DNA of 64,000 bases from Candidatus Shapirobacteria bacterium GW2011_GWF2_37_20 (GCA_000989305.1 LBTB01000006.1:66448-130447); one strand, 5' to 3'; positions 49,821-59,256 are shown, numbered from the stretch's first letter. Made by a program: numbers and translations. The notes: generated from the letters alone by a model not told the origin.

Positions 49821-50378
49821 ATTGTTCTCAGAGAGATAGCGATGGGTAAGAAAAATGGCGGCGACATGTTCTGTGTCTTTAATTAAAGAGTCGGGCTTGC
49901 CAAGTGAATTGTAGATTTCAATAAAGGGGTGCAACTCAGTGGTCATTTCACTATATTTTTCAGCGTAGGGATCTAGGGTTGGGGCTGAAATATATTCGCA
50001 GTTAGTGGCCAAAAATATTTGACAACGATGGTCAGTTTCGTTGGATAAAGTATGGTAACGACCAAGGTCGATAAAAGTTTCTGAGCGATAACCACTTTCT
50101 TCAAAAAGTTCTCTTTTGGCTGTACCCAAAAAATTTTCATTTTCATCCACGGCGCCAGCGGGGTCTTCGTAGGTAAATCCTTTTTGAGTATATCGGTACT
50201 GCCTAACTAATATTAAATTTTTATCCTTATCTAGGGCGACAATGATTGTACCTGACGGAGCACTGACATAGGCCCAAAAACCTTTGGTGCCGTCAGAAAG
50301 TTTTAAATGATCAACAACAAACTTTTTGTGGTATTTGTTGAAAAGTATTTCTTGGGAAATTAATTTTGAATTTCTCAT
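49812..50378 (-). CDS. NUDIX hydrolase
   Basis: Nudix box G-x5-E-x7-REL-x-EE-x-G (GTAKRELFEESGY). Confidence 0.75.
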   Translation of the reverse strand: MRNSKLISQEILFNKYHKKFVVDHLKLSDGTKGFWAYVSAPSGTIIVALDKDKNLILVRQYRYTQKGFTYEDPAGAVDENENFLGTAKRELFEESGYRSETFIDLGRYHTLSNETDHRCQIFLATNCEYISAPTLDPYAEKYSEMTTELHPFIEIYNSLGKPDSLIKDTEHVAAIFLTHRYLSENNLL

Positions 50379-51301
50379 CTTAAATATTTAGCGACGTTGG
50401 CATTATGCTCGGTTAGATTTTTGGCGTAATGAATCTGACCACTACTGTCGTTTAAATAATAAACATATTCGGAATCTGTGGGATGATAAGCGGCATAGAG
50501 AGAATCAAAACCGGGATTACAAATCGGGGAAGGAGGCAAACCACGATTTTTGTAGGTGTTATAGGGTGAGACTATACTTAGATCAGACTTTGAAATGGGT
50601 TGCCAATATTTTGCGGGGTGAGTTAAAGAATCTTTGGCATATTGAACGGTGGCATCGATTTGAAGGGGCATACCAACACCCAGACGATTCATCAAGATTC
50701 CGGCAATGATTTTTTTATCAGAGAGGGTTTTGGCCTCCCTTTCTAAAATGGAGGCTAAGATTAATGTCTGGGTGGGAGTGAGCTTGGTCGTGAAACCGAT
50801 TGATGCTTCTGCTAATTTTTCCCGGAAGTTGTTTTCGATCAGAGCCAAAATTTGAGAATGAGAATAATTTTGAGGAATCAAATAGCTGTCCGGAAAGAGC
50901 TGGCCTTCTAAACCTTTGGAAACAAGAGTGAAATCATCGTCCGGAGAAAATTGTTCTATTCTGGTGCCGGGAATTATTTTAAACCAATAATCGGTACTAC
51001 CACCTTTGATTAATTTTTGAATTAAGTTAGGAAGGGTCTCTGAAGAAGTTAAGTAAAAAGTGCCGGCTTGAATTTTTTGGCTCAAACCAAAGACCCGACT
51101 ATAAATTACGAAAACATAACGATTGTTGATAAAGTGAAATTTCTCTAAACGGGAAGCTATGGTTAAAAGACCCTCGCCCTGATTAATGACAAAGATTTTT
51201 TTGGTAGTGTCAGAAGAAGGTGCCTTGAGGGAAAGATAACAAAATAAGGCCAGGGATAAAAACAGAAAAAGCGGAATTAGCAGCAATATCTTTTTCATCA
51301 A
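50375..51301 (-). CDS. mltG: Endolytic murein transglycosylase MltG (YceG-like)
   Basis: N-terminal TM then a YceG-like domain; conserved position downstream of ruvX. Confidence 0.7.
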   Translation of the reverse strand: MMKKILLLIPLFLFLSLALFCYLSLKAPSSDTTKKIFVINQGEGLLTIASRLEKFHFINNRYVFVIYSRVFGLSQKIQAGTFYLTSSETLPNLIQKLIKGGSTDYWFKIIPGTRIEQFSPDDDFTLVSKGLEGQLFPDSYLIPQNYSHSQILALIENNFREKLAEASIGFTTKLTPTQTLILASILEREAKTLSDKKIIAGILMNRLGVGMPLQIDATVQYAKDSLTHPAKYWQPISKSDLSIVSPYNTYKNRGLPPSPICNPGFDSLYAAYHPTDSEYVYYLNDSSGQIHYAKNLTEHNANVAKYLR

Positions 51302-51498
51302 ATTTCAGTGAAAAGAGCGCGACGGTAAGTGTCGGTTTGGTGGTTGTGAATAAAAATGCGGCCACAACGACAAGTGACAGTGGTTTGGCCACGGATAACT
51401 TTACGGCCGCCTTTGGATAATTCTTCACCACAACCGACGCAACGTCCCTGGGAAAGTAACCATGCCTGAATGGGGGAAATTAGATTTTTAAACATAGT
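51298..51498 (-). CDS. Possible small zinc-ribbon protein (about 66 aa, CVGCGEEL...CRCGRIF)
   Basis: ORF between ruvX and mltG with CxxC...CxC. Start chosen at the internal Met to avoid overlap with ruvX. Confidence 0.3.
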   Translation of the reverse strand, partial: TMFKNLISPIQAWLLSQGRCVGCGEELSKGGRKVIRGQTTVTCRCGRIFIHNHQTDTYRRALFTEI

Positions 51499-51499
51499 G

Positions 51500-51877
51500 T
51501 TAATTTGAATCAATAACTCGATTGAGAATAACTGCGGCAGCGATGGAATCGATTTGTTTTTTATAAGCTTTGGTATTTTTCCTACTCTCAGAAAAAATAC
51601 TTTCAGCCTCAATAGTACTCAGCGATTCCTCGACTGTTTCGATAGGTAATTTTATCACGGTAGAGAGATGAGAAACAAATTTTTTGGTCATCATTGCAAT
51701 CTTACCTTCACAGAGACCGACATAGATTTTTTCGATACGATAATCGGTAATTATTTGTTGGAGATTTTTGGTAAAATCCGCATCGTTTTTAACCATGGGT
51801 AAAGTAAAAATAATACCATTCTGGGAATAGGCCAGACCAATTCTTTTAGTACCGTAATCAATACTTAGGAAATTCAT
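51500..51877 (-). CDS. ruvX: Putative pre-16S rRNA nuclease / Holliday junction resolvase-like RuvX (YqgF)
   Basis: LSIDYGTKRIGLA N-terminal motif. Confidence 0.8.
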   Translation of the reverse strand: MNFLSIDYGTKRIGLAYSQNGIIFTLPMVKNDADFTKNLQQIITDYRIEKIYVGLCEGKIAMMTKKFVSHLSTVIKLPIETVEESLSTIEAESIFSESRKNTKAYKKQIDSIAAAVILNRVIDSN

Positions 51878-52605
51878 GTATTATCTGTGATTTGAGCTTT
51901 AATGATTAAGCGCCGAAGGTAGGTTCCCGGAGGAGAACAGGTAACTAAAGTTAAATAACGGCCATCAAAACGCTGTTCTAAAACCGAAAGGTCGGTGGGT
52001 TGAACTTCATACATTTCGGCAACAAGGTATTTATAGCGGATATGGTCGTAATCAACAAAAATTTCGTCGCCCTGTTTTAGCTTATAGAGGGTGGAAAAAA
52101 TAGTGATGTAAGACTTTGGGTTAAAAAACTGAGGCAGAACGGAATGACCAAAAATTACCGGAGAGCCAAACTGACCGGGTAAGGCGGTTTTTGGGTATTG
52201 GATTAACGATTTTTTTAAATCAGTGCTACCAAAAATTACAGCCGCCTGGTCTATTTTTAGTTTGGGAATTGAGACATAATAAGTTGACAGGGAGGAGGTT
52301 GGTAAAGTTTCAGGACTGACACCGGAATCAGTGACAAACCAATTGGAAAGTTGGGTGTAGTCTGTATTTAAATCACCCAAAACTGAACCACTGCGATTAT
52401 AAAATTGACTTGAGAGGGGGTTTAATATTTGATTAAATTTAGTTGAATATTCTAGTTGGAACTGAACAATCGGGAAAATCACCGATAAAAATAAAAAGAG
52501 ACCGGAAAAAAGAAAAAGTGAAGCAAATATTTTTTTTCGTCGGAGAGAAAGAACCTTTTTTGGCGCTACTGTTTTGGGGGTGGTTTTTACATAGAGATAA
52601 CTCAT
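51874..52605 (-). CDS. Sortase-family transpeptidase
   Basis: N-terminal TM anchor, conserved His (FGHSV), LTLVTC catalytic Cys motif, downstream Arg. Confidence 0.65.
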   Translation of the reverse strand: MSYLYVKTTPKTVAPKKVLSLRRKKIFASLFLFSGLFLFLSVIFPIVQFQLEYSTKFNQILNPLSSQFYNRSGSVLGDLNTDYTQLSNWFVTDSGVSPETLPTSSLSTYYVSIPKLKIDQAAVIFGSTDLKKSLIQYPKTALPGQFGSPVIFGHSVLPQFFNPKSYITIFSTLYKLKQGDEIFVDYDHIRYKYLVAEMYEVQPTDLSVLEQRFDGRYLTLVTCSPPGTYLRRLIIKAQITDNT

Positions 52606-52607
52606 GA

Positions 52608-54743
52608 TTAAAATTTTTCGATAATGGTAATTTTATCTTTTGATGGGGGTAATCGTTTAAGAAAACTGAACATATTGGGAATAATCTTAATCTCACGATT
52701 ATAAACCCTCGATTGAGAATCAATTATTTTTAGAGCGGTAGTAAAATCTTGACCAGTAAGACGCTGACGGAGATCATCGACATCAATTTTGGGGAGAGTT
52801 TTACCGGTAACAGTTAATTTACCAACGGATTTTTCTGAAGAATTTTTGGTGGGGACAAAAGAAAAGGTGAAATCAGAAGGAGAAGCAATTGACAGTAAAA
52901 ATGCCTGATCATTGGCAAAAAGGGTTTTTAATATACTATCTTTTTGTTGAGGATCAAGTTGAAAAACAGAAATGATCAAATCAGCATTGACTTGCAAGGT
53001 GTCAGCTTCCTCCCCTATTTCCCGATTAAAATCTAACTGCTTCTTGTCGATAAATTTCGTTCCGGGCATAAGGCCATTAAGGGAAGACTCGGCGTTTATT
53101 TTCTCAGAGATGCGGGAATCTAAAGAATCGGTAACAGATTTGTTCAGATTGTTTTTATCCTCCTGGGAGACGACACGAATTTGACGTCGGGAACCTCCGG
53201 AAAGAGAATCGTTAACCTTAGCCAAAAGACTACTACTATCCTTAAAACTAAGAAGGGCGTCTTTTTTTAAATCAAATTCCGGACCAATGTCACTGGCGAT
53301 GGCGTTGGCCTTGCTTTGGCCCATGGTAATAGTGCCGGTGGCTAAATTGTAAGCACTGGCGGGAATCTGAACTGAAGTAAGAAGTTCATATTTTTTACCG
53401 GAGGTGTCAGACAAAATTGTGCCCTTGGGAACATTTTGAATTTTGTCGTCTTTATTGAAAATTGTTATCTCGCCCTTAGCTTTATCGCCGGTTTCTTTTT
53501 CACCAGTGGTGGGTAATGATTCACTAAATTTTAGATCAAGGCTCTTTTTAATGACAGGAATGTTGTCAGCGGTAACCGAGGAAGTAGTGGAGTCAAGAGT
53601 GACGTTAAAATCTTTGTTAATTTCTATTGGGTTAAAATTAATAGTAACTTCTGCTTTGATTAGGAAATAAGGGAGGAGAATCAATAGTGGCGAGAGAGCA
53701 AAGGGAATAAGCAACCAAGGGTTAAAGGAAAAATGGGGTAAGTGTAATTTGGGAAAAGAAATTTTTGGGAAAGATAAGTTAAGCTTTGGTGACGCAGGAG
53801 GGATACTTGATGGTTCAGGTGTCGGGGGAGACAGGACAATAGAGTCGGATTCAATAATTTCTGAAAAACCCAAATCTTCTGATTTCACTTCATCTACAAT
53901 ATTTTCTTCAACTCCTTCAGTTAAGTCTTGAACTCTTTCTTCGATTGGTTCTTCAACTTTTTCTTCAATAATTGTTTCTTTTGCCTCCGGAAAAGCCGAA
54001 GGGGGAATAACAACTTCGGAATTATTTTCGATTTGAGAAGAAACCGTTTTGCAATACAAATTAAAGAGTTCTTCTGGTTGATAACTTTCAACATCTGGTA
54101 AGTGTAAGAAAGTTTCAACATTTTTTTTACCAATCCAGGAATAATTTTTTAAATCATCGACGATACTAAGGCCTAAATGACCAAAAATTAAAATCCGGGG
54201 AGGAAGAGCTGAGTCAAGACGAACTGTAACCAAGGCATTTTCTAGATCTTGAGGGGTAAAATCATCGGACAAAACCTGGTGAAAACGTTTTTTTACTTCA
54301 CCAAGATAGACCAAAGAAAGAGAAAATTCTTTAAGGCCCAAATAAACTAGAATAAAACTAGGGGGAAAAGAATCATCCTTACCCAGGGCTTCGATAAAAG
54401 CTTCATCATTGCTAATAAAACCAAGAGGTTTGAGCTTTAAAGAACGACAGAGATTTTCCAATAATTTAAGAAATTCCGGAAAAATTTTACCATCGTTTCC
54501 TATCCATTTTGGAGGAAGAATAAAAGCGCTGACTTCAGGCTCCTGTTCCGGTTCAAGGGCAACCTTTTCGGCGGCGGCAGACAAGGAAATATCGACAGAA
54601 TGGAGAAAAGAATCTGGATTGTCGGGAAGCCATTCGGTTTCAGGGCCGAGAGCAACGAGCGAATTGGGAGTGCCACGTTTAATTAAGCCGACAGAAACAG
54701 CTTCAGATGTAATCGAAATGAGCCAATAATAGGATGCCTCCAT
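52608..54743 (-). CDS. Large hypothetical membrane protein (711 aa): cytoplasmic N-terminal domain, acidic linker, one TM helix, ~370-aa extracellular region
   Basis: Clean ORF translationally coupled to alaS (TAATG) and to the sortase gene (2-nt gap). TM PWLLIPFALSPLLILLPYFLI. Confidence 0.55.
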   Translation of the reverse strand: MEASYYWLISITSEAVSVGLIKRGTPNSLVALGPETEWLPDNPDSFLHSVDISLSAAAEKVALEPEQEPEVSAFILPPKWIGNDGKIFPEFLKLLENLCRSLKLKPLGFISNDEAFIEALGKDDSFPPSFILVYLGLKEFSLSLVYLGEVKKRFHQVLSDDFTPQDLENALVTVRLDSALPPRILIFGHLGLSIVDDLKNYSWIGKKNVETFLHLPDVESYQPEELFNLYCKTVSSQIENNSEVVIPPSAFPEAKETIIEEKVEEPIEERVQDLTEGVEENIVDEVKSEDLGFSEIIESDSIVLSPPTPEPSSIPPASPKLNLSFPKISFPKLHLPHFSFNPWLLIPFALSPLLILLPYFLIKAEVTINFNPIEINKDFNVTLDSTTSSVTADNIPVIKKSLDLKFSESLPTTGEKETGDKAKGEITIFNKDDKIQNVPKGTILSDTSGKKYELLTSVQIPASAYNLATGTITMGQSKANAIASDIGPEFDLKKDALLSFKDSSSLLAKVNDSLSGGSRRQIRVVSQEDKNNLNKSVTDSLDSRISEKINAESSLNGLMPGTKFIDKKQLDFNREIGEEADTLQVNADLIISVFQLDPQQKDSILKTLFANDQAFLLSIASPSDFTFSFVPTKNSSEKSVGKLTVTGKTLPKIDVDDLRQRLTGQDFTTALKIIDSQSRVYNREIKIIPNMFSFLKRLPPSKDKITIIEKF

Positions 54744-55183
54744 TACTTAAGAATAGCATAAATCCGACGCTTTCCACTGCCTGCGGATTCTTCTTTGAGG
54801 ATTTCAAAAGACCCAAGTTTGCCGATGTTTTCAACATGGGGACCGGTACAAATTTCTTTGGAAAAATAACCTTTGGGATTACCAACCGTATAAACAGTGA
54901 CAATTTCAGGATATTTAGCACCAAAAAAGGCTAAGGCTCCACTTTTTTGGGCATCGATAAATTTCATTGATTCGACAGAGACCGGCAGAGACAATTTAAT
55001 TTGATCATTAACAATTTTTTCTACCTCTTTTAATTGAGTTTCGGAAACTTTTTCCTGATGAGAAAAATCAAAACGTAATCTTTCAGAAGTGATATTAGAA
55101 CCACCCTGCTGAACATGATCACCTAAGACTTTTCTTAGGTGTGATATTTGGTAATAACTTCTGAATGATCGGCAAGACCCGAT
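54743..55183 (-). CDS. alaS: Alanyl-tRNA synthetase editing-domain segment in a shifted frame (no start codon; apparent continuation of alaS across a frame discontinuity). Ends without a C-Ala domain
   Basis: Hand translation upstream of ORF 54743..54994 stays open to 55183: ...ISHLRKVLGDHVQQGGSNITSERLRFDFSHQEKV...FFGAKY...EICTGPHVEN, matching the AlaRS editing domain including C-x3-H. Confidence 0.5.
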   Translation of the reverse strand: MGSCRSFRSYYQISHLRKVLGDHVQQGGSNITSERLRFDFSHQEKVSETQLKEVEKIVNDQIKLSLPVSVESMKFIDAQKSGALAFFGAKYPEIVTVYTVGNPKGYFSKEICTGPHVENIGKLGSFEILKEESAGSGKRRIYAILK

Positions 55184-56544
55184 TTAAATTTTCCAGCAGA
55201 GAGAGTGCGTGATTGTTCAGTATGTTTTTGTTTTTCAATATTAAAATATTTAATGATTTCGTCCCTATCAAACATTTTAATAATTGTTTTATAAAACGAT
55301 GCTTCATCAAGAAACATTTCAACGGGAAAACCAAAACTTTCAAAATAATAAAAAGCTTTTTTACCTAAATACTCAGCGCTTATGGCTTCTTGTTTTTTAT
55401 TTTCAAAAAGTTTTGTGTAATTTATAAAATCTTTTTCAATTTCATTTAGACCTTTATTAAGGGTGCGGCGAAATTTGGTTTCTTCGGCTTCGAGAGTTTC
55501 TAAAATTTTATTCTCGTTGAGATCTAATTCCGGGTAAGTACCGGCATAGTTGTCTTGATTATCTAATACGGCCTGCGCAATTACTGAACAAAAATTGTTT
55601 TCAATGCCAATAATTTTACCTTGACGAATTGAACGTCGAATTAAACGACGAAGGACATATCCCCTTTCTTTGTTTGAAGGCTCGACACCATCGGCTATCA
55701 TAAAGATTGCGGCACGAAGGTGATCGGCAATGATACGCATCGGGACCAAGTTTTCGGAATATTTTTTAGTGGAAATATTTTCAATTTCTTTAATGATTGG
55801 TTGCCAAATATTGGTCAGATAATTATCTGAAAAACCAGATAAAACAGCGGTGGTTCTTTCAACTCCCATGCCGGTATCAATGTTATTTTGAACAAGTTGT
55901 TCGTATTTACCCTGATTATTTTTGAGATATTGAATTAACACATCATTCCAAATTTCGACCCAACGATTGTCTTTTGGATCGAAAACTTCTGGAGCCTGAT
56001 TATCGCCTGTCCAATAAAACATTTCTGTATCGGTACCGCAGGGACCGGTAATTCCGGGTGGACCCCACCAATTATTTTCTTTTGGTAGATAGGCAATTCT
56101 TGGTAAAGGTATTCCCTGTTTTTCCCATAATTTTGCTGTTTCTTCGTCTTTTGGAGCATCCTGATCTCCGGCAAAAACCGATACTGCCAGTTTATTTTGG
56201 GGAATATTTAATGTTTTTGTCAAAAACTCAAAGCTCCATGGGATCATCTCTTGCTTAAAGTAATCACCCAAAGACCAATTACCCAACATTTCAAAAAAAG
56301 TATGGTGAACAGCATCACCAACTTCTTCAATATCGCCAGTCCGGACACATTTTTGAACATTAACCAAACGGTCACCGCTGGGATGTTTTTTACCGAGAAA
56401 AAACGGAACTAGGGGTTGAATTCCGGCTGAGATAAAAAGAGTGGTAGGATCATTTTCCGGAACCAGCATTGCTGAAGGAATTTCGACATGCTTTTTCTTT
56501 AAAAAGAACTCGATAAATATATTCTTTAACTCCCGCGCGTTCAT
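55135..56544 (-). CDS. alaS: Alanyl-tRNA synthetase, aminoacylation plus tRNA-recognition module (this frame ends at 55135)
   Basis: Class II AlaRS N-terminal homology: FLKKKHVEIPSAMLVPENDPTTLFISAGIQ, GNWSLGDYFK. Confidence 0.85.
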   Translation of the reverse strand: MNARELKNIFIEFFLKKKHVEIPSAMLVPENDPTTLFISAGIQPLVPFFLGKKHPSGDRLVNVQKCVRTGDIEEVGDAVHHTFFEMLGNWSLGDYFKQEMIPWSFEFLTKTLNIPQNKLAVSVFAGDQDAPKDEETAKLWEKQGIPLPRIAYLPKENNWWGPPGITGPCGTDTEMFYWTGDNQAPEVFDPKDNRWVEIWNDVLIQYLKNNQGKYEQLVQNNIDTGMGVERTTAVLSGFSDNYLTNIWQPIIKEIENISTKKYSENLVPMRIIADHLRAAIFMIADGVEPSNKERGYVLRRLIRRSIRQGKIIGIENNFCSVIAQAVLDNQDNYAGTYPELDLNENKILETLEAEETKFRRTLNKGLNEIEKDFINYTKLFENKKQEAISAEYLGKKAFYYFESFGFPVEMFLDEASFYKTIIKMFDRDEIIKYFNIEKQKHTEQSRTLSAGKFKSGLADHSEVITKYHT

Positions 56545-56577
56545 AGAGGAATTATAGCAAGAAGACGGCTAGTTAAG

Positions 56578-57963
56578 TTATTTTTTAGCAAAGAGCTCGG
56601 AAAAATCGATTAATTTTACTTTAAAAAAGTAACTGTACGCCCGATGAAGATTCCAAAGTAAATAATATAATTTATTTAAGGGTAATTTGATAAGTATTTT
56701 TATTCCCGGGATAAGGAGTGGATAATTTACGGCTATGGGAAAAAGATGATGCAAACGTTCGATTTCTTTTATGTCTTTGAGCTTCATAATTGACTTCGTA
56801 AAGTAATCTTCACCAATCAATCTAAAATTTCCCTGATAATATCCGTTCTCAATTGAATATTTACACAACTCGGTTCTGGGATATGGCTGAAAAATTGAGG
56901 CCCAAGCGTAACTTGGTCGACATTGAATATTTAATCTTATTGTTTCCCAAACGTTTTCTAGTGTCTCACCTGGAAGACCAACCATGTTTTGGGTAAATAA
57001 ATTTATTTTATATTTGTGGCAAAGTTTGGCGGCATTTAATGTTTGAGCTTCTGAGATATTTCTCTTTAGAATCGTATTTCTAATAAAATCGTTACCACTT
57101 TCGATAGCAAAGAGCAGAGTGATACAGCCGGCGTTTTTCAGGGCTTTTATTATGTCTTCATCTATCAGATTGATCCTGGCGTAACAAATAAAGGGTAGTT
57201 TAATTTCTTTTTGATATTTTTTACAAAATTCAACCACCCATTTTTTGTCCAGAATAAAAGTGTCGTCAATAAATTGGAATCGTCTGGGATTATTACGTTT
57301 TTTAACAATTTTTAATTCTTTTAAAACGTGATTAACACTCCTTTGTCTTAAGACTTCTCCTTTACCGGCATATAACTTGTTATATGAATGATTAAAACAA
57401 TATGTGCAATTAAAGGGACAGCCGCGACCAGTAAGAACATACCTCACGTGGGCGTTTTTGTAACTTGGATATTTGGCGGTTAATTCCCGATCTACAAAAG
57501 GCAAAACATCTAAATTAGAGATCTTATTTCTTAAGGAGTTTCGGTAAATTTTCCCTTTAATTTTTATATCGATGTTTTGAATAAAACGAAGGTTTTCTTT
57601 TTTTTCCAGTTTATTTAGAAATTCGGCAATGGCAAGTTCGCCTTCCCCTCGACAGATGGCATCAACACCTTTTTCTTTAATGAATTCGGGGAAAAATGTA
57701 CAATGAGGACCACCAAATAAAGCAAAAAAATCTAGATGTTTTTTGAGGAGATTGTTCAAATTTACATAAAATTTGTGTTTCCCGGTGGTAACAGAATAGG
57801 CAACAAGGTCTGGTTTGATCTTTTTTATTTCATCAAGATAATTTTTACAAAAATATAGATCTATAAAGTGAACATCATGCCCTTCTTTTTTTAAATAACT
57901 TGAAAGACTCAGAATTCCCAAGGGTTCAACAAATTCATATTTATAAATAAACAATATTTTCAT
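56578..57963 (-). CDS. B12-binding-domain radical SAM protein
   Basis: N-terminal Rossmann-like B12-binding region; CPFNCTYC radical SAM cluster motif. Confidence 0.75.
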   Translation of the reverse strand: MKILFIYKYEFVEPLGILSLSSYLKKEGHDVHFIDLYFCKNYLDEIKKIKPDLVAYSVTTGKHKFYVNLNNLLKKHLDFFALFGGPHCTFFPEFIKEKGVDAICRGEGELAIAEFLNKLEKKENLRFIQNIDIKIKGKIYRNSLRNKISNLDVLPFVDRELTAKYPSYKNAHVRYVLTGRGCPFNCTYCFNHSYNKLYAGKGEVLRQRSVNHVLKELKIVKKRNNPRRFQFIDDTFILDKKWVVEFCKKYQKEIKLPFICYARINLIDEDIIKALKNAGCITLLFAIESGNDFIRNTILKRNISEAQTLNAAKLCHKYKINLFTQNMVGLPGETLENVWETIRLNIQCRPSYAWASIFQPYPRTELCKYSIENGYYQGNFRLIGEDYFTKSIMKLKDIKEIERLHHLFPIAVNYPLLIPGIKILIKLPLNKLYYLLWNLHRAYSYFFKVKLIDFSELFAKK

Positions 57964-58019
57964 AGACCTTAATAGGATATTCTAACAAGTTGTCGGACTT
58001 AAAAGACTTTATCTACCAA

Positions 58020-58388
58020 TTATTTCTTTTTGAAAACGCGAGGCTTGGTTTTAGGGGGAGTTACTTTTGTGGTAAATTCTTTTTTGATTAATTCGGGGGG
58101 TAAGGTAACGGTAATTTTTGAAGTCTTTTGTGTAGGCGGCTTTGCTTTTACGGAATTGTTGATATCAACTTTATCAATTATTTTAGAAACATTTTGAAAA
58201 GTCTCTGATTTTTTAAAGGAAGACATAAATTTCTCAATTTGTTTCTTTAATTTCAAAAAAACATCTTCTCGATTATTTCGATAGATGACGACAGCAATGA
58301 CAGCGGCAATAACTAAACCAATGATAAGACCAAAAATGAAGCTACTATTTTGATGACAACCACAATCTTTGGTGTGAGAACAAGTCAT
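58020..58388 (-). CDS. Hypothetical single-pass membrane protein with N-terminal Cys/His cluster (CSHTKDCGCH) and Lys/Pro-rich tail
   Basis: ORF with TM helix IFGLIIGLVIAAVIAVVIY; tight spacing with neighbours. Confidence 0.4.
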   Translation of the reverse strand: MTCSHTKDCGCHQNSSFIFGLIIGLVIAAVIAVVIYRNNREDVFLKLKKQIEKFMSSFKKSETFQNVSKIIDKVDINNSVKAKPPTQKTSKITVTLPPELIKKEFTTKVTPPKTKPRVFKKK

Positions 58389-58390
58389 AA

Positions 58391-58639
58391 TTAGGAGTTA
58401 TCTTTCTCTTTTTTATCTTTTTTAAAAAAAGAGTTAAAAACAGTAAAACCATTTTTAAAACCCATTAAAAACTCAGAAACTGAGGAAACGGGTCCAGAAA
58501 CTGAAGTAATTATTTGATTAGTTTGACCGACAGTAATTCGAAGATCTTTAATTAATTTAATTAAATAGATTCCAACAACGACAATAACGGTTGTAATGGC
58601 CAAGAGACTAATGATGACAACTATCTGAGTAATATCCAT
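58391..58639 (-). CDS. Hypothetical small membrane protein (82 aa)
   Basis: N-terminal TM helix; 2-nt gap to the downstream ORF. Confidence 0.4.
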   Translation of the reverse strand: MDITQIVVIISLLAITTVIVVVGIYLIKLIKDLRITVGQTNQIITSVSGPVSSVSEFLMGFKNGFTVFNSFFKKDKKEKDNS

Positions 58640-58653
58640 AAAGAGAGTATAAA

Positions 58654-59250
58654 CTATTTTAAGATTTTTTCATCAGTCGTCACCACTCCAGCAGGAGATT
58701 TGGCCTCAACAACAATTTTCGCCTCTGAGGTGGAAATTTCCAGGTTTTTTTTGAAATTACCATCTGCGTCAACGATAACCAAGAAGTTGTTTATTTTGAC
58801 AGTGGATTCTGGATCGGTTATACCGGAAATTTCAACTGAATTTTGAGAAAAATCCTGTGGCCAGTTGATTTCCAAATGGGGAGGGCGATTAAATTTGAGG
58901 TATTCAGAAATTAGATAGGTAGCAAAAACAATGGCTAACAGAGAAATAAAAGCGGTGAAAGCGAATTGAGGGGTAAGAGAAAACCAAAAACGGCGACGGG
59001 AAGAATTTTGGAGAGGGCGATCGTAATCACGACGAAAGAGACACAAAAGTTCTTCTCCGTTTAATCCTAAAAAATCAGCATAATCTTTGACCATTAATGA
59101 ACAATAAGGCTCTCCGGGAAAATCTTGGGTATTTTCGTTTTCAAAGGCAATTAAATAACGAAGAGGAATTTTAGTTTTTTTGCTAATTTCGCTAAAATCT
59201 AATTCCCGGTCGAGGCGGGCAGATTCGAGGATGGCAGAGGCGCGTTTCAT
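58654..59250 (-). CDS. RodZ-like protein: N-terminal XRE-type HTH, TM helix, C-terminal extracytoplasmic domain
   Basis: HTH region LDFSEISKKTKIPLRYLIAFE; TM FAFTAFISLLAIVFATYLI. Confidence 0.5.
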   Translation of the reverse strand: MKRASAILESARLDRELDFSEISKKTKIPLRYLIAFENENTQDFPGEPYCSLMVKDYADFLGLNGEELLCLFRRDYDRPLQNSSRRRFWFSLTPQFAFTAFISLLAIVFATYLISEYLKFNRPPHLEINWPQDFSQNSVEISGITDPESTVKINNFLVIVDADGNFKKNLEISTSEAKIVVEAKSPAGVVTTDEKILK

Positions 59251-59256
59251 AAAATT

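Noticed and set aside
53400-53470. Internal LPTTG motif (ESLPTTGEKETG) in the 711-aa protein next to the sortase gene
   Set aside because: It is not followed by a hydrophobic segment and positively charged tail, and it lies mid-protein. It is unlikely to be a genuine sorting signal.
54743-54994. ORF 54743..54994 as a free-standing small AlaX-like editing protein
   Set aside because: The same frame stays open upstream to 55183 and encodes the editing-domain N-terminal motifs. It has no ATG, GTG or TTG before 54994 (the track start is TTG). It is therefore better explained as the continuation of alaS across a frameshift.
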